40,209 nucleotides of DNA from a virus (lineage: Duplodnaviria; Caudoviricetes): positions 1 through 40,209 of the IMG/VR virus record IMGVR_UViG_3300048574_000427; one strand, written 5' to 3'. Every line of letters starts with the position of its first letter. The stretch's first letter is position 1. Below are positions 8,035-17,590 of this stretch, piece after piece. The notes under the pieces are model-generated. The model was not told the origin of the DNA. It did not search any database and saw only the letters and a list, made by a program, of their open reading frames with translations. A program made the position numbers and the translations under genes.

Positions 8035-10211
8035 AAGAGTGGTTCACCTCGAACGAACTGGCGGATGAGGCACTGCCAGGCCTGCCCGATACAAAGCGCG
8101 GGGTGCAGCTCCTCGCTGATCGCGCTGGCTGGAACGAGAGCCTCGCCTATGTGCGCGACCGCTCCGGCCGCGGCGGCGGACTGGAATACAACGTCGCGCT
8201 GCTGCCGGTGTTAGCACGGATCGAACTGGAGCGCCGGCATCGCCGTATCGAGGCGCCGGAGCCGGCCCCGGCAGAGGATATCGCCCTGGGCGACGATCTG
8301 TCCGATCGTGCCGCCCGCGAGCGCGACGCGCGTCTCGCCATCGTCGCCGCCTTCGAGGCTTTCTCGACCGGTCAGCGCCTGTCGATCCGCTCGCGCGCCA
8401 AGATATTCACCGATGCCTACGCGGCCGGCACGCTCGCTATCGACCCGTGGATCCGCGAGCTGGTACCGGGGATGTCGCCGCGCACGCTGATGCGCTGGCG
8501 CGCCGCCAAGGCGATCGGCCGCGTATCCCGACTCGCCGTCGACCGTGCCGCGGCCCGCAAGGGCACGGGCGTCATCGACCTCGCCAATGACGGCGCCGTG
8601 CGCACCTACGTGCTGGCGATGATGGCCTACAGCAATCACCTATCAGCCCAACACCTGCGCCAACTCATCCGCAGCAAATTCGGCGACACGCTGAGCGTCG
8701 GCGCCAAGACCGTTCCGGTGCCGCCGGTTCGCACCATCCAGCAGGCCGTCAAGACGCTCAGGGAGACGGAACACGTTGCCCTGACCAAACTGTCGGACCC
8801 CGACCGGTACCGCTCGACCATGGCACCGTCGGGCGTCGGAACATATCGCTGGGTCAAAGAGCCGAACACGCTGTGGATGATCGACGCCTCGCCGATCGAT
8901 GCTCTGTGCGTGGAAGGAAGGCCGACGATCTATGCCTGCATCGACATCGCCACCCGTCGTCTGATGCTCTACGTCTCGCATACGCCGCGCGCGACCGCCG
9001 TAGCGCTCTTGATCCGCAAGGCAATCATGGCGTGGGGTGTGCCGGACAAGATCAAGACCGACAACGGCTCCGATTTCGTCGCGCAGGCGACGCAGCGATT
9101 GTTCGCCGCCCTCGACATCGAGATGGAGCTGTCGGACCCCTATACACCGCAGCAGAAGGGCCACGTCGAGGCGGCCATCCGCACCTTTCAGCACGATTGC
9201 GCCGTGTTGCTGAAAGGGTTCGTCGGCCACTCGGTCGCGGACCGCAAGAAGATCGAAGACCGCAAGAGCTTTGCAGACCGCCTGGGCGAAGAGACCGCCG
9301 ACACGTTCGGCGTCACGCACACCATCGCCGAGCTGCAGATCCTGGTCGATCGCTGGAACGAGACGATCTACTCACAGCGGAAGCACAGCTGGTTGAAGAC
9401 GACGCCAGCCCTCGCGGCGGCCCGCTCGCTCAGGCCGATCCGCAGTGTCGATCCGCGCGCGCTCGATCTGCTGCTGATGCCGGTCGCTACCGGCGGCGGC
9501 ATGCGCGATGTCACAAAGTTCGGTGTCCGCGTCGCCGGCTTCCACTATCGTGTACTCGACGCGCTCCCCGGCGATCGTGTCCTGGTCCGCCTGGACCCGA
9601 ACGACGCCGGCCTCATCTATGCGTTCGATGCGGAAGACGGCCGTTTTGTCGGCGAGGGCATCTGCCCTGAGTTGGCCGGCAGGAACCCGGCCGAACTGCA
9701 ACGCGCCGCGCGCGAGGCCCAAGCCGAGATCCTCGCCGAAACCACCCGCCAGGCCAATAAGATCATCAAGGAAATCACCAGCGGTCCCGCCCTGCTGGAG
9801 CGCGTGCTGGAGGTCGCGGCCCGCGACATGCCCAACGTCATCCCTATGCCCAAGCGCACGGAGGCGCACGAGACGCCGGCCATCACGGCCGCGCTCGACG
9901 CGATGGCGCCGCGGCCCTCCGTGACTCCGACGCCCTCGGCCGACCTGCTGGCGATGCAGGCGCGCCTCATGGCCAACGAGACCGTGGTGCCGCTGCGGAC
10001 CGAAGAGACCAAGCACCAGCTGTGGCGGCGCGCGCTCGCCCTGATCGCCCGCATGGAGGTCGGCGATCCGGTCGCCGCCGAAGATGCGATGTGGCTCGGC
10101 AGCTATCGCACCAGCACCGATTTTCGGGGGTTCGCGCTCACCTACGGCGATCCCTTCGAAAAGAACCCCGCGGCGCCTGGGGAAGACGCCGCGGGGCAAA
10201 AGACACTCTAA
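8031..10211 (+). CDS. MuA-like DDE transposase
   Basis: Mu-type N-terminal HTH (MKEWFTSNELA...LPGLPDTKRGV), DDE triad (WMIDAS / KTDNGSDF / KGHVEAAIR), Mu transposase C-terminal region (VLVRLDPNDAGLIYAFD). Confidence 0.95.
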   Translation: MKEWFTSNELADEALPGLPDTKRGVQLLADRAGWNESLAYVRDRSGRGGGLEYNVALLPVLARIELERRHRRIEAPEPAPAEDIALGDDLSDRAARERDARLAIVAAFEAFSTGQRLSIRSRAKIFTDAYAAGTLAIDPWIRELVPGMSPRTLMRWRAAKAIGRVSRLAVDRAAARKGTGVIDLANDGAVRTYVLAMMAYSNHLSAQHLRQLIRSKFGDTLSVGAKTVPVPPVRTIQQAVKTLRETEHVALTKLSDPDRYRSTMAPSGVGTYRWVKEPNTLWMIDASPIDALCVEGRPTIYACIDIATRRLMLYVSHTPRATAVALLIRKAIMAWGVPDKIKTDNGSDFVAQATQRLFAALDIEMELSDPYTPQQKGHVEAAIRTFQHDCAVLLKGFVGHSVADRKKIEDRKSFADRLGEETADTFGVTHTIAELQILVDRWNETIYSQRKHSWLKTTPALAAARSLRPIRSVDPRALDLLLMPVATGGGMRDVTKFGVRVAGFHYRVLDALPGDRVLVRLDPNDAGLIYAFDAEDGRFVGEGICPELAGRNPAELQRAAREAQAEILAETTRQANKIIKEITSGPALLERVLEVAARDMPNVIPMPKRTEAHETPAITAALDAMAPRPSVTPTPSADLLAMQARLMANETVVPLRTEETKHQLWRRALALIARMEVGDPVAAEDAMWLGSYRTSTDFRGFALTYGDPFEKNPAAPGEDAAGQKTL

Positions 10212-10228
10212 CCATCGGGACCAAAAGC

Positions 10229-10990
10229 ATGGGGACGACGACGAACAACGTCAAGGGTCAACTGCCGTTGAAAAACGTGGCGAGCTTCATGGCACTCGCC
10301 GTCAAGCTGATCGAGCGCGACGCGCACGAGCCCAATATCGGCGTCTGTTACGGCCCGTCGGGCTACGGCAAGACTTACGCGTCGATCTATGCGGAAAACC
10401 GCACGCGGGCGCTGCGAGTCGAGGTCCGGGAGACCTGGACCCGCAAGACGTTCCTCAAGTCCCTGCTGTTCGAGCTCCGCGTGCAAGCGCGCGGAACAAT
10501 TTCCGATATGGCCGAGCAGACGATTGCGTTGCTCGGCGACGATCCGCGCCGCCCCGTGATCGTCGACGAGGCCGACAAGGCCGTCGCCAAAGGGATGGTG
10601 GAGATGATCCGCGAGATCGGCGATGCCAGCGGCTGCTCCATCATCCTGATCGGCGAGGAGCGGCTTCCGCAGCGGCTCGCAGCGATCGAGCGGGTACATA
10701 ACCGCGTCCTCGACTGGATGCCAGCTCAGCCGTGTGATGGTGAAGACGCTGCCGCCCTTGCCGCGGCGTTCTGCCCGCAGCTCACCATCACGGCCGACCT
10801 CCTCGAAGAAATCCGACGCCAGTCGGACGGGCGCGCGCGCCGCATCGTGAGCAACCTGTCCCGCGTCCGCGACTTCGCACGCACCCGCGGCCTCAAGACG
10901 GTCGATCTCGCGGCCTGGGGTACCACGGCGTTCTTCACCGGCCGCCCTCCAGAGCCGCGCGTCGTCGATGCCTTCCGCAGGAGCGCCTGA
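10229..10990 (+). CDS. MuB-like AAA+ transposition ATPase
   Basis: Walker A GPSGYGKT, Walker B VIVDEAD, ILIGEERL; directly follows MuA. Confidence 0.92.
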   Translation: MGTTTNNVKGQLPLKNVASFMALAVKLIERDAHEPNIGVCYGPSGYGKTYASIYAENRTRALRVEVRETWTRKTFLKSLLFELRVQARGTISDMAEQTIALLGDDPRRPVIVDEADKAVAKGMVEMIREIGDASGCSIILIGEERLPQRLAAIERVHNRVLDWMPAQPCDGEDAAALAAAFCPQLTITADLLEEIRRQSDGRARRIVSNLSRVRDFARTRGLKTVDLAAWGTTAFFTGRPPEPRVVDAFRRSA

Positions 10991-11616
10991 TGGGCCGGCG
11001 CTCCGCTCCCGAGACGCACGCTCTCGCGATCCGCGTGCCGCGCGGCCAGGACGGCTTCTGGCAGATCATCCGCGAGCTCGACAAGAAAGGCCCGTGGTCG
11101 GTCGGCCAGGTCGACGGCCGCTCCAATGTGGAAATCGCGACCGTACGCGACTTCGTGCGCCGGCTGGTCAAGGCGGGCATCGCCGTCGTGGCCGGCCAAA
11201 CCTCCATTTTGAAGCCCTCGGCGACGCTGTACCGCCTCGTCAAGCGCCCGACCGAAACTCCCCGCCTGCGCCGTGACGGATCGGCCGTGCAGCCGACTGG
11301 CCAACAGCAGATGTGGGTGGCGATGCGCCGGCTTCAGCAGTTCGACGCCGACGAACTCGCCCTCGCAGCGACGACCGACGAAACGCGGGTCGATCCGACC
11401 GCGGCCCGCTTCTACATCGTGCGCCTGCAGGCCGCGGGCTATCTCGCCATGGTGGCGCCGGGAAAGACGACCGGCGGGCGCGCCATCTGGCGCCTCAAGC
11501 CGGCGATGGACACCGGCCCCAAGGCCCCGCAGGTGATGCGGACGCAGTTCATCTTCGATCCGAACCGCGGCGCCATCATGGGCGGGCCTGTGACAGCCCA
11601 GGAGGCGCGCTCATGA
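10990..11616 (+). CDS. Conserved Mu-like early protein with tandem winged-helix-like domains
   Basis: QQQMWVAMRRLQQFDADELA and DTGPKAPQV motifs typical of the gene after MuB; translational coupling. Confidence 0.75.
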   Translation: MGRRSAPETHALAIRVPRGQDGFWQIIRELDKKGPWSVGQVDGRSNVEIATVRDFVRRLVKAGIAVVAGQTSILKPSATLYRLVKRPTETPRLRRDGSAVQPTGQQQMWVAMRRLQQFDADELALAATTDETRVDPTAARFYIVRLQAAGYLAMVAPGKTTGGRAIWRLKPAMDTGPKAPQVMRTQFIFDPNRGAIMGGPVTAQEARS

Positions 11617-12026
11617 AACGCGGACCGAAGGTGGGCTTGAAGACGGAGCGAGATTTCGTCGCCAAGGCGAAGGAGGCCTGGGGAAGCGCGCTGCCGGACT
11701 GGGTGCACGAGCTGGCGGTGTTCGCCTCCCAGACCTCGCAGCGGACCGCTGCCGAGCGGATCGGCTACTCGGCGGCAGTCGTCAGCCACGTGTTCGCCAA
11801 TTCCTACAACAACGGTGACCTGGGTCGGGTCGAGGAGAAGGTCCGTGGCGCCCTGATGGGCTTGACGGTCGTCTGCCCGGTCTATGGCGACATCGGCCGC
11901 GACCGATGTCTCGACATCCAGAAGCAGCCCTTTGCGGCCACGTCTTCGGTCCGCGCCCGTGTCTACTGGGCGTGCCGCAAGGGCTGCCCTCACTCGCGGA
12001 TCACACAGGAGGGCGGCGGATGTTGA
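11613..12026 (+). CDS. HTH transcriptional regulator with Cys-rich C-terminus
   Basis: SQRTAAERIGYSAAVVSHV HTH; VCPVYG..RDRC..ACRKGCPHS; ATGA overlap. Confidence 0.8.
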   Translation: MKRGPKVGLKTERDFVAKAKEAWGSALPDWVHELAVFASQTSQRTAAERIGYSAAVVSHVFANSYNNGDLGRVEEKVRGALMGLTVVCPVYGDIGRDRCLDIQKQPFAATSSVRARVYWACRKGCPHSRITQEGGGC

Positions 12027-12274
12027 GCCACGATCTCATCGCGCTGCGCGTTTGGCTCGACGCCATCCGGGCCTCCGGCGATGCCGCGCAGCACCTGGAC
12101 ATAGGCTCCCTCTCCCGCCTGGTCGGCGACGCGATCGACAAGGCCGAGGTGCTGGAGCGCACCACCGTGATCCAGGCGACGCTCCTGACCAGGCAAGCGC
12201 TCGCCGCTCCGAACGTCATCACGCTGCCGGCGATCCCACGCGCCGTGCCCCTGCAGGGTGGAGACCTCGCATGA
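12020..12274 (+). CDS. Hypothetical early protein
   Basis: RBS AGGAGG, overlapping coupled start and stop. Confidence 0.7.
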   Translation: MLSHDLIALRVWLDAIRASGDAAQHLDIGSLSRLVGDAIDKAEVLERTTVIQATLLTRQALAAPNVITLPAIPRAVPLQGGDLA

Positions 12275-12612
12275 GCGAAGCCCCCGCCCCCACCCTCGCC
12301 GACCAGGTCGCCGCCGTCGATGTTCTCGCCGTCGTCGACACCATCCTGACCCGCCCACGCCACGGCTCCATGTCGGCCTCGCTCGCCGCCATCGTCGCCA
12401 TGGCGGAGCGCATCCGCGATCTCGATGCCATCGCCGCCGGCAGTGCCGAGCTGATCGGCCAATTCGCCCAATGGCGCGGCGTTCTCGCGGTCGACGCCGT
12501 GCGCAACTCGGCCCGCTTCGGGCCGATCATCGAAGGTCCCACGGGCGCCCTGACGGCGCTCGGCTACGTCCAGCCCGACATCCCTGCCCCACCCCAAGGA
12601 GACGACACGTGA
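12271..12612 (+). CDS. Hypothetical early protein
   Basis: GGAG RBS, ATGA coupling, MSEAPAPTLADQVAAV... Confidence 0.7.
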   Translation: MSEAPAPTLADQVAAVDVLAVVDTILTRPRHGSMSASLAAIVAMAERIRDLDAIAAGSAELIGQFAQWRGVLAVDAVRNSARFGPIIEGPTGALTALGYVQPDIPAPPQGDDT

Positions 12613-13142
12613 TGGCCAAGAAGACGAAAACCCCGGCGCTCAATCTGCCGGTGCCGCAGAGCGACCAGGAGGCCGAGGTGGCCATAGCCCGCATCGGAAC
12701 GCTGATGCGCCAGATCGAGGGCATCGAAGCCGCGGCCAACGACCGCATCGCTGCCATCACGGCTGAAGCCGGCGCCAGTGCCGCGCCCGTTCGTGCAAAA
12801 CTCAAGGCCGAGATCGAGGGCCTGAAGACCTATTGCGAGGCTAACCGCAGTCGCCTGACGGCCGTGTTCACGCGCAAGACCGCGGCGTTCGCGACCGGCA
12901 CGGTGGCGTGGCGCGCCCGGCCCGCCAAGGTGACGCTGCGCGACAAGGTCGAGGAGGTCATCGCGCGGATCAAGACGCTCGGCCTCAAGCAGTTCATCCG
13001 CACCAAGGAGGAGATCGACAAGGAGGCGATGCTCAAGGTGCCGAAGCTCGCCGCGACGATCGCCGGCGTGTCGATCGGCTCCGCCGGCGAGGATTTTGCC
13101 GTCGAGCCGCTCGCCATGGAGATCGCGGAGGCGGTGTCGTGA
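12612..13142 (+). CDS. gam: Gam host-nuclease inhibitor (DNA end-binding)
   Basis: PQSDQEAEVAIARIG...YCEANRSRLT...KTAAFATGTVAWR...FIRTKEEIDKEAML...EDFAVEP fits Mu Gam. Confidence 0.92.
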   Translation: MAKKTKTPALNLPVPQSDQEAEVAIARIGTLMRQIEGIEAAANDRIAAITAEAGASAAPVRAKLKAEIEGLKTYCEANRSRLTAVFTRKTAAFATGTVAWRARPAKVTLRDKVEEVIARIKTLGLKQFIRTKEEIDKEAMLKVPKLAATIAGVSIGSAGEDFAVEPLAMEIAEAVS

Positions 13143-14002
13143 GGATCGGCTACAGCCTGTTGCTCGGCGAGCACGTGATGGCCGTCGACTTGATCTACAG
13201 CGACTGCCGATCGCTGCAGGTCGTTTGTCCGGCCTGTAAGGAGCCCCTGTTCAAGGGTGAGCGGGCGCGCGACAGCGAAGGAGCGCACTATCTATCGCAC
13301 TACTCGCGAGACCGATCTTTCGTAGAGGAATGCGAACTGCGGGTTGCTGCCATTGCATCCAAGGTGATCGCCGACCACACCATCGCGTCCAGAGGGCAGC
13401 GGCTCCAGTTGTTCCTCCGGGTGCTTCAGGACGAATTGGTCCGGAGCACTGCCACGGATGCAAGTGCAGAGGTCGAGTTGCGCCGAAAGCATGCGCTTTC
13501 CCGCAGGTCGGCATGCCTACGGTGGTTGTCACGGCAGAGCCGAGACGCGCTGGCCGGGCATCGATTTTCTTGCGAACAGTTCAATGAGTACGCCGACAAC
13601 TACGTTGCCGACGCTGGCCTCGATCTCCCGGCAGGCTCGTTTTCGGTGGCTACTCAAAAGCGCACGGCCTTCGACGTCTACCAACATCTTCTGTCGCCGG
13701 CGGCATTTCCTTCGTTCGAGTTTGTCTACAGGCACGCTGCCATCGTGTTGTACGAGCGGGTTTTGGCTGCCGGCTGTCGCCTCGAACCATGGCAAGCAGC
13801 ACTTACGATCCTGCTGTTCGGAGGCAAAAGGCGCGGCATTGAAGTACTCACGGCGCTTCGTCAGGTCAGTTGCGAGTCGCCGTTCGCGTCGGACCTCACC
13901 CAGTTCGGAAAGCTGCTCGCCGAAATCCAACATGAGCTGAACGGCGCCCTTTTGAGGGTGCCGTATCTCGACATTCTCCGCCGCGAGCGAGCAGCCGCAT
14001 GA
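13139..14002 (+). CDS. Hypothetical protein with N-terminal CoiA-like zinc-binding motif
   Basis: GTGA overlap with gam; VCPACKEPLF..HYLSHY..EECELRV; codon usage visibly less GC3-biased than neighbours. Confidence 0.7.
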   Translation: MRIGYSLLLGEHVMAVDLIYSDCRSLQVVCPACKEPLFKGERARDSEGAHYLSHYSRDRSFVEECELRVAAIASKVIADHTIASRGQRLQLFLRVLQDELVRSTATDASAEVELRRKHALSRRSACLRWLSRQSRDALAGHRFSCEQFNEYADNYVADAGLDLPAGSFSVATQKRTAFDVYQHLLSPAAFPSFEFVYRHAAIVLYERVLAAGCRLEPWQAALTILLFGGKRRGIEVLTALRQVSCESPFASDLTQFGKLLAEIQHELNGALLRVPYLDILRRERAAA

Positions 14003-14259
14003 ACTACTCCGGCAACAACCGTCGGGGCGAGATCGCGATTGCGCCGCACGCGCACCCGCTCGTGCGCGAGTTCCTCGCCGCCATGAACGAGCAGCAGACG
14101 ACTTTCGCCGAGATCGCCGAGCGGTCGCGTGTCGGCGTCGACACCATGCGGTTCTGGCAGAAGCGCCACATGCCGCGTCTGGACCTGTTCGAGGCCGCGC
14201 TCAACACGCTCGACCTCGAACTCTGCATCCGCAAGCGCCGCACCGGGAGGCCATCATGA
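13999..14259 (+). CDS. XRE-type HTH protein
   Basis: TFAEIAERSRVGVDTMRFWQKRHMPRLDLFEAALNTLDLEL. Confidence 0.8.
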   Translation: MNYSGNNRRGEIAIAPHAHPLVREFLAAMNEQQTTFAEIAERSRVGVDTMRFWQKRHMPRLDLFEAALNTLDLELCIRKRRTGRPS

Positions 14260-14660
14260 TCGGCGCCCTCGAAACCGCGCCGACGGCGCAGCTCACATTT
14301 CCGCTCATCATCGAAGCCGAGCGCGCTGCCCAACGGGCCGTAGCCAAGGCCGACCCACGCGGTCATCGCGACACGCTCGTATTCGACAATTGCGTTTGGC
14401 CGGCACTCGCCTATTCCAGTCCCGAAATCCCTGTCAGGCGTGGACGCGGCATCGTTCGTTTCGGCTGGACGGTGCAGCCAAACGCGGCCGGCTATCACCT
14501 CATCTTCCGCGAGACGACGATCCGCTGTCGGCGTGCTCCGGCACGTACCGTCCGGCGCGAGGTCGTCGACTCCACCATCCGCAAGAGCGAGGCGCCGGTC
14601 ACCTGCCGGCGTCTTGCCGCGGCCTATTCAACAGCCCTTGAAGCCCGGAGGAAATCATGA
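14256..14660 (+). CDS. Hypothetical protein
   Basis: GGAGG RBS; ATGA coupling at both ends. Confidence 0.7.
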   Translation: MIGALETAPTAQLTFPLIIEAERAAQRAVAKADPRGHRDTLVFDNCVWPALAYSSPEIPVRRGRGIVRFGWTVQPNAAGYHLIFRETTIRCRRAPARTVRREVVDSTIRKSEAPVTCRRLAAAYSTALEARRKS

Positions 14661-15355
14661 GCCTCAACGCTCCCATGGCGACGCCGAAGCAGATCGGCTT
14701 CATCCACGGTCTCGCCAAGCGCGCCGGCCTGGACGATGACACCTACAGGGATTTCCTGGAACGGGAGGCGGGCGTGCGCTCGGCGCGCCACCTCAGCGCC
14801 GTCGCCGCCGACCGGGTGATCACGACGCTCCGCGGCTCGGCCGGCAGCACCGGCCGGCCGGTCGGCGCCGTCGCCGGCCTCGACAGTGCCGTCGCCCGCA
14901 AGATGCAGGCCCTGTGGATCGCCGGCCACAATCTCGGCATCGTGCGCGACCGCACCGATCGCGCCATGCTGTCGTTCCTCGAACGCCAGACCGGCGTCGG
15001 TCATACACGCTTCCTGCGCGAGCCCGGCGCCAGCGCCAAGGCGATCGAAGGCCTGAAATCCTGGATTGCCCGCGAAGGAAAAGTCGAGTGGCCGGCCGAC
15101 GATCGCGACGCCATCGCCAACAAGCGGGCGATCCTCGACGCCCAATGGCTGCGCCTGGTCCGGCTCGGCGCCGTGGAACCGTTCATTTCCACCGAACCGC
15201 TCGGCGACCTGCCGGCCTACGCCTACCGGGTCGCGCACAAGAACGGCTGGGAGTTCTTCGCGCCGCGCGACTATGACGCGGTCGCGGCGGCGCTCGGCCG
15301 CAAGCTGCGCGCCGCCTTGGCAAAGCGACGCGACCGCAGCGAGCAGGAGGACTGA
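14657..15355 (+). CDS. gemA: GemA / Mu gp16 (DUF1018) family protein
   Basis: IHGLAKRAGLDDDTYRDFL...GVRSARHLS; KMQALWI; ASAKAIEGLKSWIAR. Confidence 0.88.
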   Translation: MSLNAPMATPKQIGFIHGLAKRAGLDDDTYRDFLEREAGVRSARHLSAVAADRVITTLRGSAGSTGRPVGAVAGLDSAVARKMQALWIAGHNLGIVRDRTDRAMLSFLERQTGVGHTRFLREPGASAKAIEGLKSWIAREGKVEWPADDRDAIANKRAILDAQWLRLVRLGAVEPFISTEPLGDLPAYAYRVAHKNGWEFFAPRDYDAVAAALGRKLRAALAKRRDRSEQED

Positions 15356-15357
15356 CC

Positions 15358-15807
15358 ATGTCGCGCCTCTGGCTCGCTCAAGAGCGCCTGCAGGTCCGCC
15401 TGATGCTGGCGGAGCGGCGCGGGATCGAAGACATCGCGGTCGCGTTCAATTGCACCCGACACGACGTTCACTTGCTCGTCAAAGGCGCCCTCTGGGACTG
15501 GACCGACGACGAACTCGTGGATCTCCGGCGGATGCAGACAACGCTCGGATATACGATCGCAGAAATGGCCGAGGAGACCGGCCGCGCAGCCGCCAGCATC
15601 CGCGCGCGGCTCAAGGCCGGGCTCCCCAGCCTCGGCCCTGCGGGCCGGCCGGCGGGCAATCAGGACCTCTACGATCGCCCGCGCAGCGTTCCGGCCGCCA
15701 CGCTGGCGGACCGCGCGGCCCGCCAACTCGCGCCGGCCCGCGACCTCACGGGCCTGGTCCTCGGCGATCCGCCGGTCGGCTATTCCGCGCTCGATAGGAG
15801 GGCATGA
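15358..15807 (+). CDS. Hypothetical HTH-like protein
   Basis: WTDDELVDLRRM..GYTIAEMAEETGRAAASIRARL; AGGAGG RBS. Confidence 0.7.
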   Translation: MSRLWLAQERLQVRLMLAERRGIEDIAVAFNCTRHDVHLLVKGALWDWTDDELVDLRRMQTTLGYTIAEMAEETGRAAASIRARLKAGLPSLGPAGRPAGNQDLYDRPRSVPAATLADRAARQLAPARDLTGLVLGDPPVGYSALDRRA

Positions 15808-16106
15808 TGGCTGCCATCCGCAAGTTCTCGATTGGGTCCCTTCGCTTCGAGGAGGGTTCGCGGGTGGTGCTACGCGCGGACGGATCGCCGACGAGGCTGT
15901 CCTTCAAAGAGTACGTCGTCATGCACGAGCTCTGTACGACCGGCCGCCTGCGCACGCAGATCACTCGTAACGCCCACAATCTGATTTATCGGCTTCGCAA
16001 GAAGCTCGGCCTCGACGCGCATATCGTCGTCGATTGGCGTGACGGTTACCGCCTGCTCAACGTCATCGAAGAACAGGACACAGCCGATCACGGGAGGCCG
16101 GCATGA
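15804..16106 (+). CDS. Winged-helix (OmpR C-terminal-like) protein
   Basis: TRLSFKEYVVMHEL...LIYRLRKKLG..IVVDWRDGYRL resembles Trans_reg_C. Confidence 0.75.
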   Translation: MMAAIRKFSIGSLRFEEGSRVVLRADGSPTRLSFKEYVVMHELCTTGRLRTQITRNAHNLIYRLRKKLGLDAHIVVDWRDGYRLLNVIEEQDTADHGRPA

Positions 16107-16486
16107 ACAGCGCAGCAGCGCTCGCCACCCGGGACGAGTCCGCGGTGGCCCACACCGTTCGGGTCGTTCGCATGTACGGGGCCACGTTCCTGATCGCCTA
16201 CGGGCCCGGGGGGCGGGTGCTCGCCTATCTGCGCGAGCGCGACCGAGCTCTGTTCATCGCCGCCTATCGGAACGCCCTCGATGCCCGCACGCTCGGCGGT
16301 GTGTCGTCGCTGATCGAACTCATGGATCTCGGGGACGCTCTTCCGGTGCGGTTCGCGGCCGCGGTGCGCATCGCGGCCGACATGCACGGGGTGAACGTCG
16401 AGTGGCTCGATCACCACGGCCGGCCGATGGCGACCGGTGCCTTCGGAGAAGACCTGTTCGGCCAAATAACCGCCGACGTCGAATGA
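16103..16486 (+). CDS. Hypothetical protein
   Basis: GGAGG RBS, ATGA coupling. Confidence 0.7.
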   Translation: MNSAAALATRDESAVAHTVRVVRMYGATFLIAYGPGGRVLAYLRERDRALFIAAYRNALDARTLGGVSSLIELMDLGDALPVRFAAAVRIAADMHGVNVEWLDHHGRPMATGAFGEDLFGQITADVE

Positions 16487-16842
16487 GCGCGGATGCCGGT
16501 GCCGCCGTGGCGCCGGCGCGAACAACGGGGGACGGCGTGAACACCAACAAGAGCGAACTGCCGGCGGAAAGCTTCGGCGAACTGGTGATCGAGCTGCGGC
16601 GGATCGCCGGCGAAGAGGCGGCCGCCGTCGGTCGCTGCGAGGAAGCCGTGGCGCGCATCGAAGCCGGCGCGTCGGCGCTGGTCGGCGAGCCCGTGAGCTA
16701 CGAGGGCTTGCGTTTCGCGTTGTCGATCCAGCGCCAGCGCGCCGCCGCGGCGGGGTCGCTGTGCCGTATCTTCGAAAGCCTGATCCCATTGGAGCGCGAG
16801 GTCCGTGCGCTGCACGCGTCGAAACGGATGCCGTCATGCTGA
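16483..16842 (+). CDS. Hypothetical protein
   Basis: ATGA coupling (an internal GTG start is possible); helical. Confidence 0.6.
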   Translation: MSADAGAAVAPARTTGDGVNTNKSELPAESFGELVIELRRIAGEEAAAVGRCEEAVARIEAGASALVGEPVSYEGLRFALSIQRQRAAAAGSLCRIFESLIPLEREVRALHASKRMPSC

Positions 16843-17360
16843 CCTGGCCCGAGAGAGACGGCTGGAACGAACAGCGCGTCGAGCGGCTCAAGATCATGTG
16901 GGCCGAAGGCCGGTCCGCCGCGGTCATCGCCGGCGAACTCGGCGGCATCACCCGCAACGCGGTGATCGGCAAGGTGCATCGCCTTGGTCTTCCGGGTCGC
17001 CCCAAGACCACAGCGTCTCCAAGAGAGCCGAAGACACCCCAGCCACCGCGGCCGGCGCGCCTGCCCAAGCGGGTTGCCCGTGCCCAGGAGATCGCGGCGC
17101 AGCCGGAGGCCGTCGTCGACGTGTCGGCGCCGTTGGACGTCCGGTTTCCGCCAGAGTGGCGCCGCTCGCTGTCGGAGCTGACAGCGACGTCGTGCCGGTT
17201 CCCGGTCGGAGATCCTCGCGGCTGCAATTTCTTCTTCTGCGGCGCACCGGTCCTCGATCCGCTGCCTTACTGCGGGCGCTGCGCCCGCATCGTCTACGAT
17301 TTCCATGCCACTCGACGCAGCCGCAGCTACTTCCGGAGTTCGTGGGGATCCCGATCATGA
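16836..17360 (+). CDS. gcrA: Phage-encoded GcrA cell-cycle regulator homolog
   Basis: WNEQRVERLKIMWAEGRSAAVIAGELGGITRNAVIGKVHRLGL DNA-binding domain plus SLSELTATSCRFPVGDP..FFFCG..LPYC..CARIVY sigma-interacting domain. Confidence 0.92.
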   Translation: MLTWPERDGWNEQRVERLKIMWAEGRSAAVIAGELGGITRNAVIGKVHRLGLPGRPKTTASPREPKTPQPPRPARLPKRVARAQEIAAQPEAVVDVSAPLDVRFPPEWRRSLSELTATSCRFPVGDPRGCNFFFCGAPVLDPLPYCGRCARIVYDFHATRRSRSYFRSSWGSRS

Positions 17361-17590
17361 ACCGCAAGCGGTCACCGAAGCGCGGCACGGTCCAGTTCGA
17401 TGCCATCATAGCAGCGTGTCCGTCGATCGACGCCGCCGACGCCTACTGGCGTGGCGAGGGTTACGTGCGGGCGAACGCCCAGGCCTTCCGGCGCCGCGAC
17501 GGTACTTACACGGTTCGCCTGGTGTGGCGCTGCCGCACCCGGCTCGCCTCGGCGGTCACCTGCACCTATGTGGGACTGGTGATGGCATGA
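17357..17590 (+). CDS. Hypothetical protein (77 aa)
   Basis: ATGA coupling at both ends. Confidence 0.7.
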   Translation: MNRKRSPKRGTVQFDAIIAACPSIDAADAYWRGEGYVRANAQAFRRRDGTYTVRLVWRCRTRLASAVTCTYVGLVMA

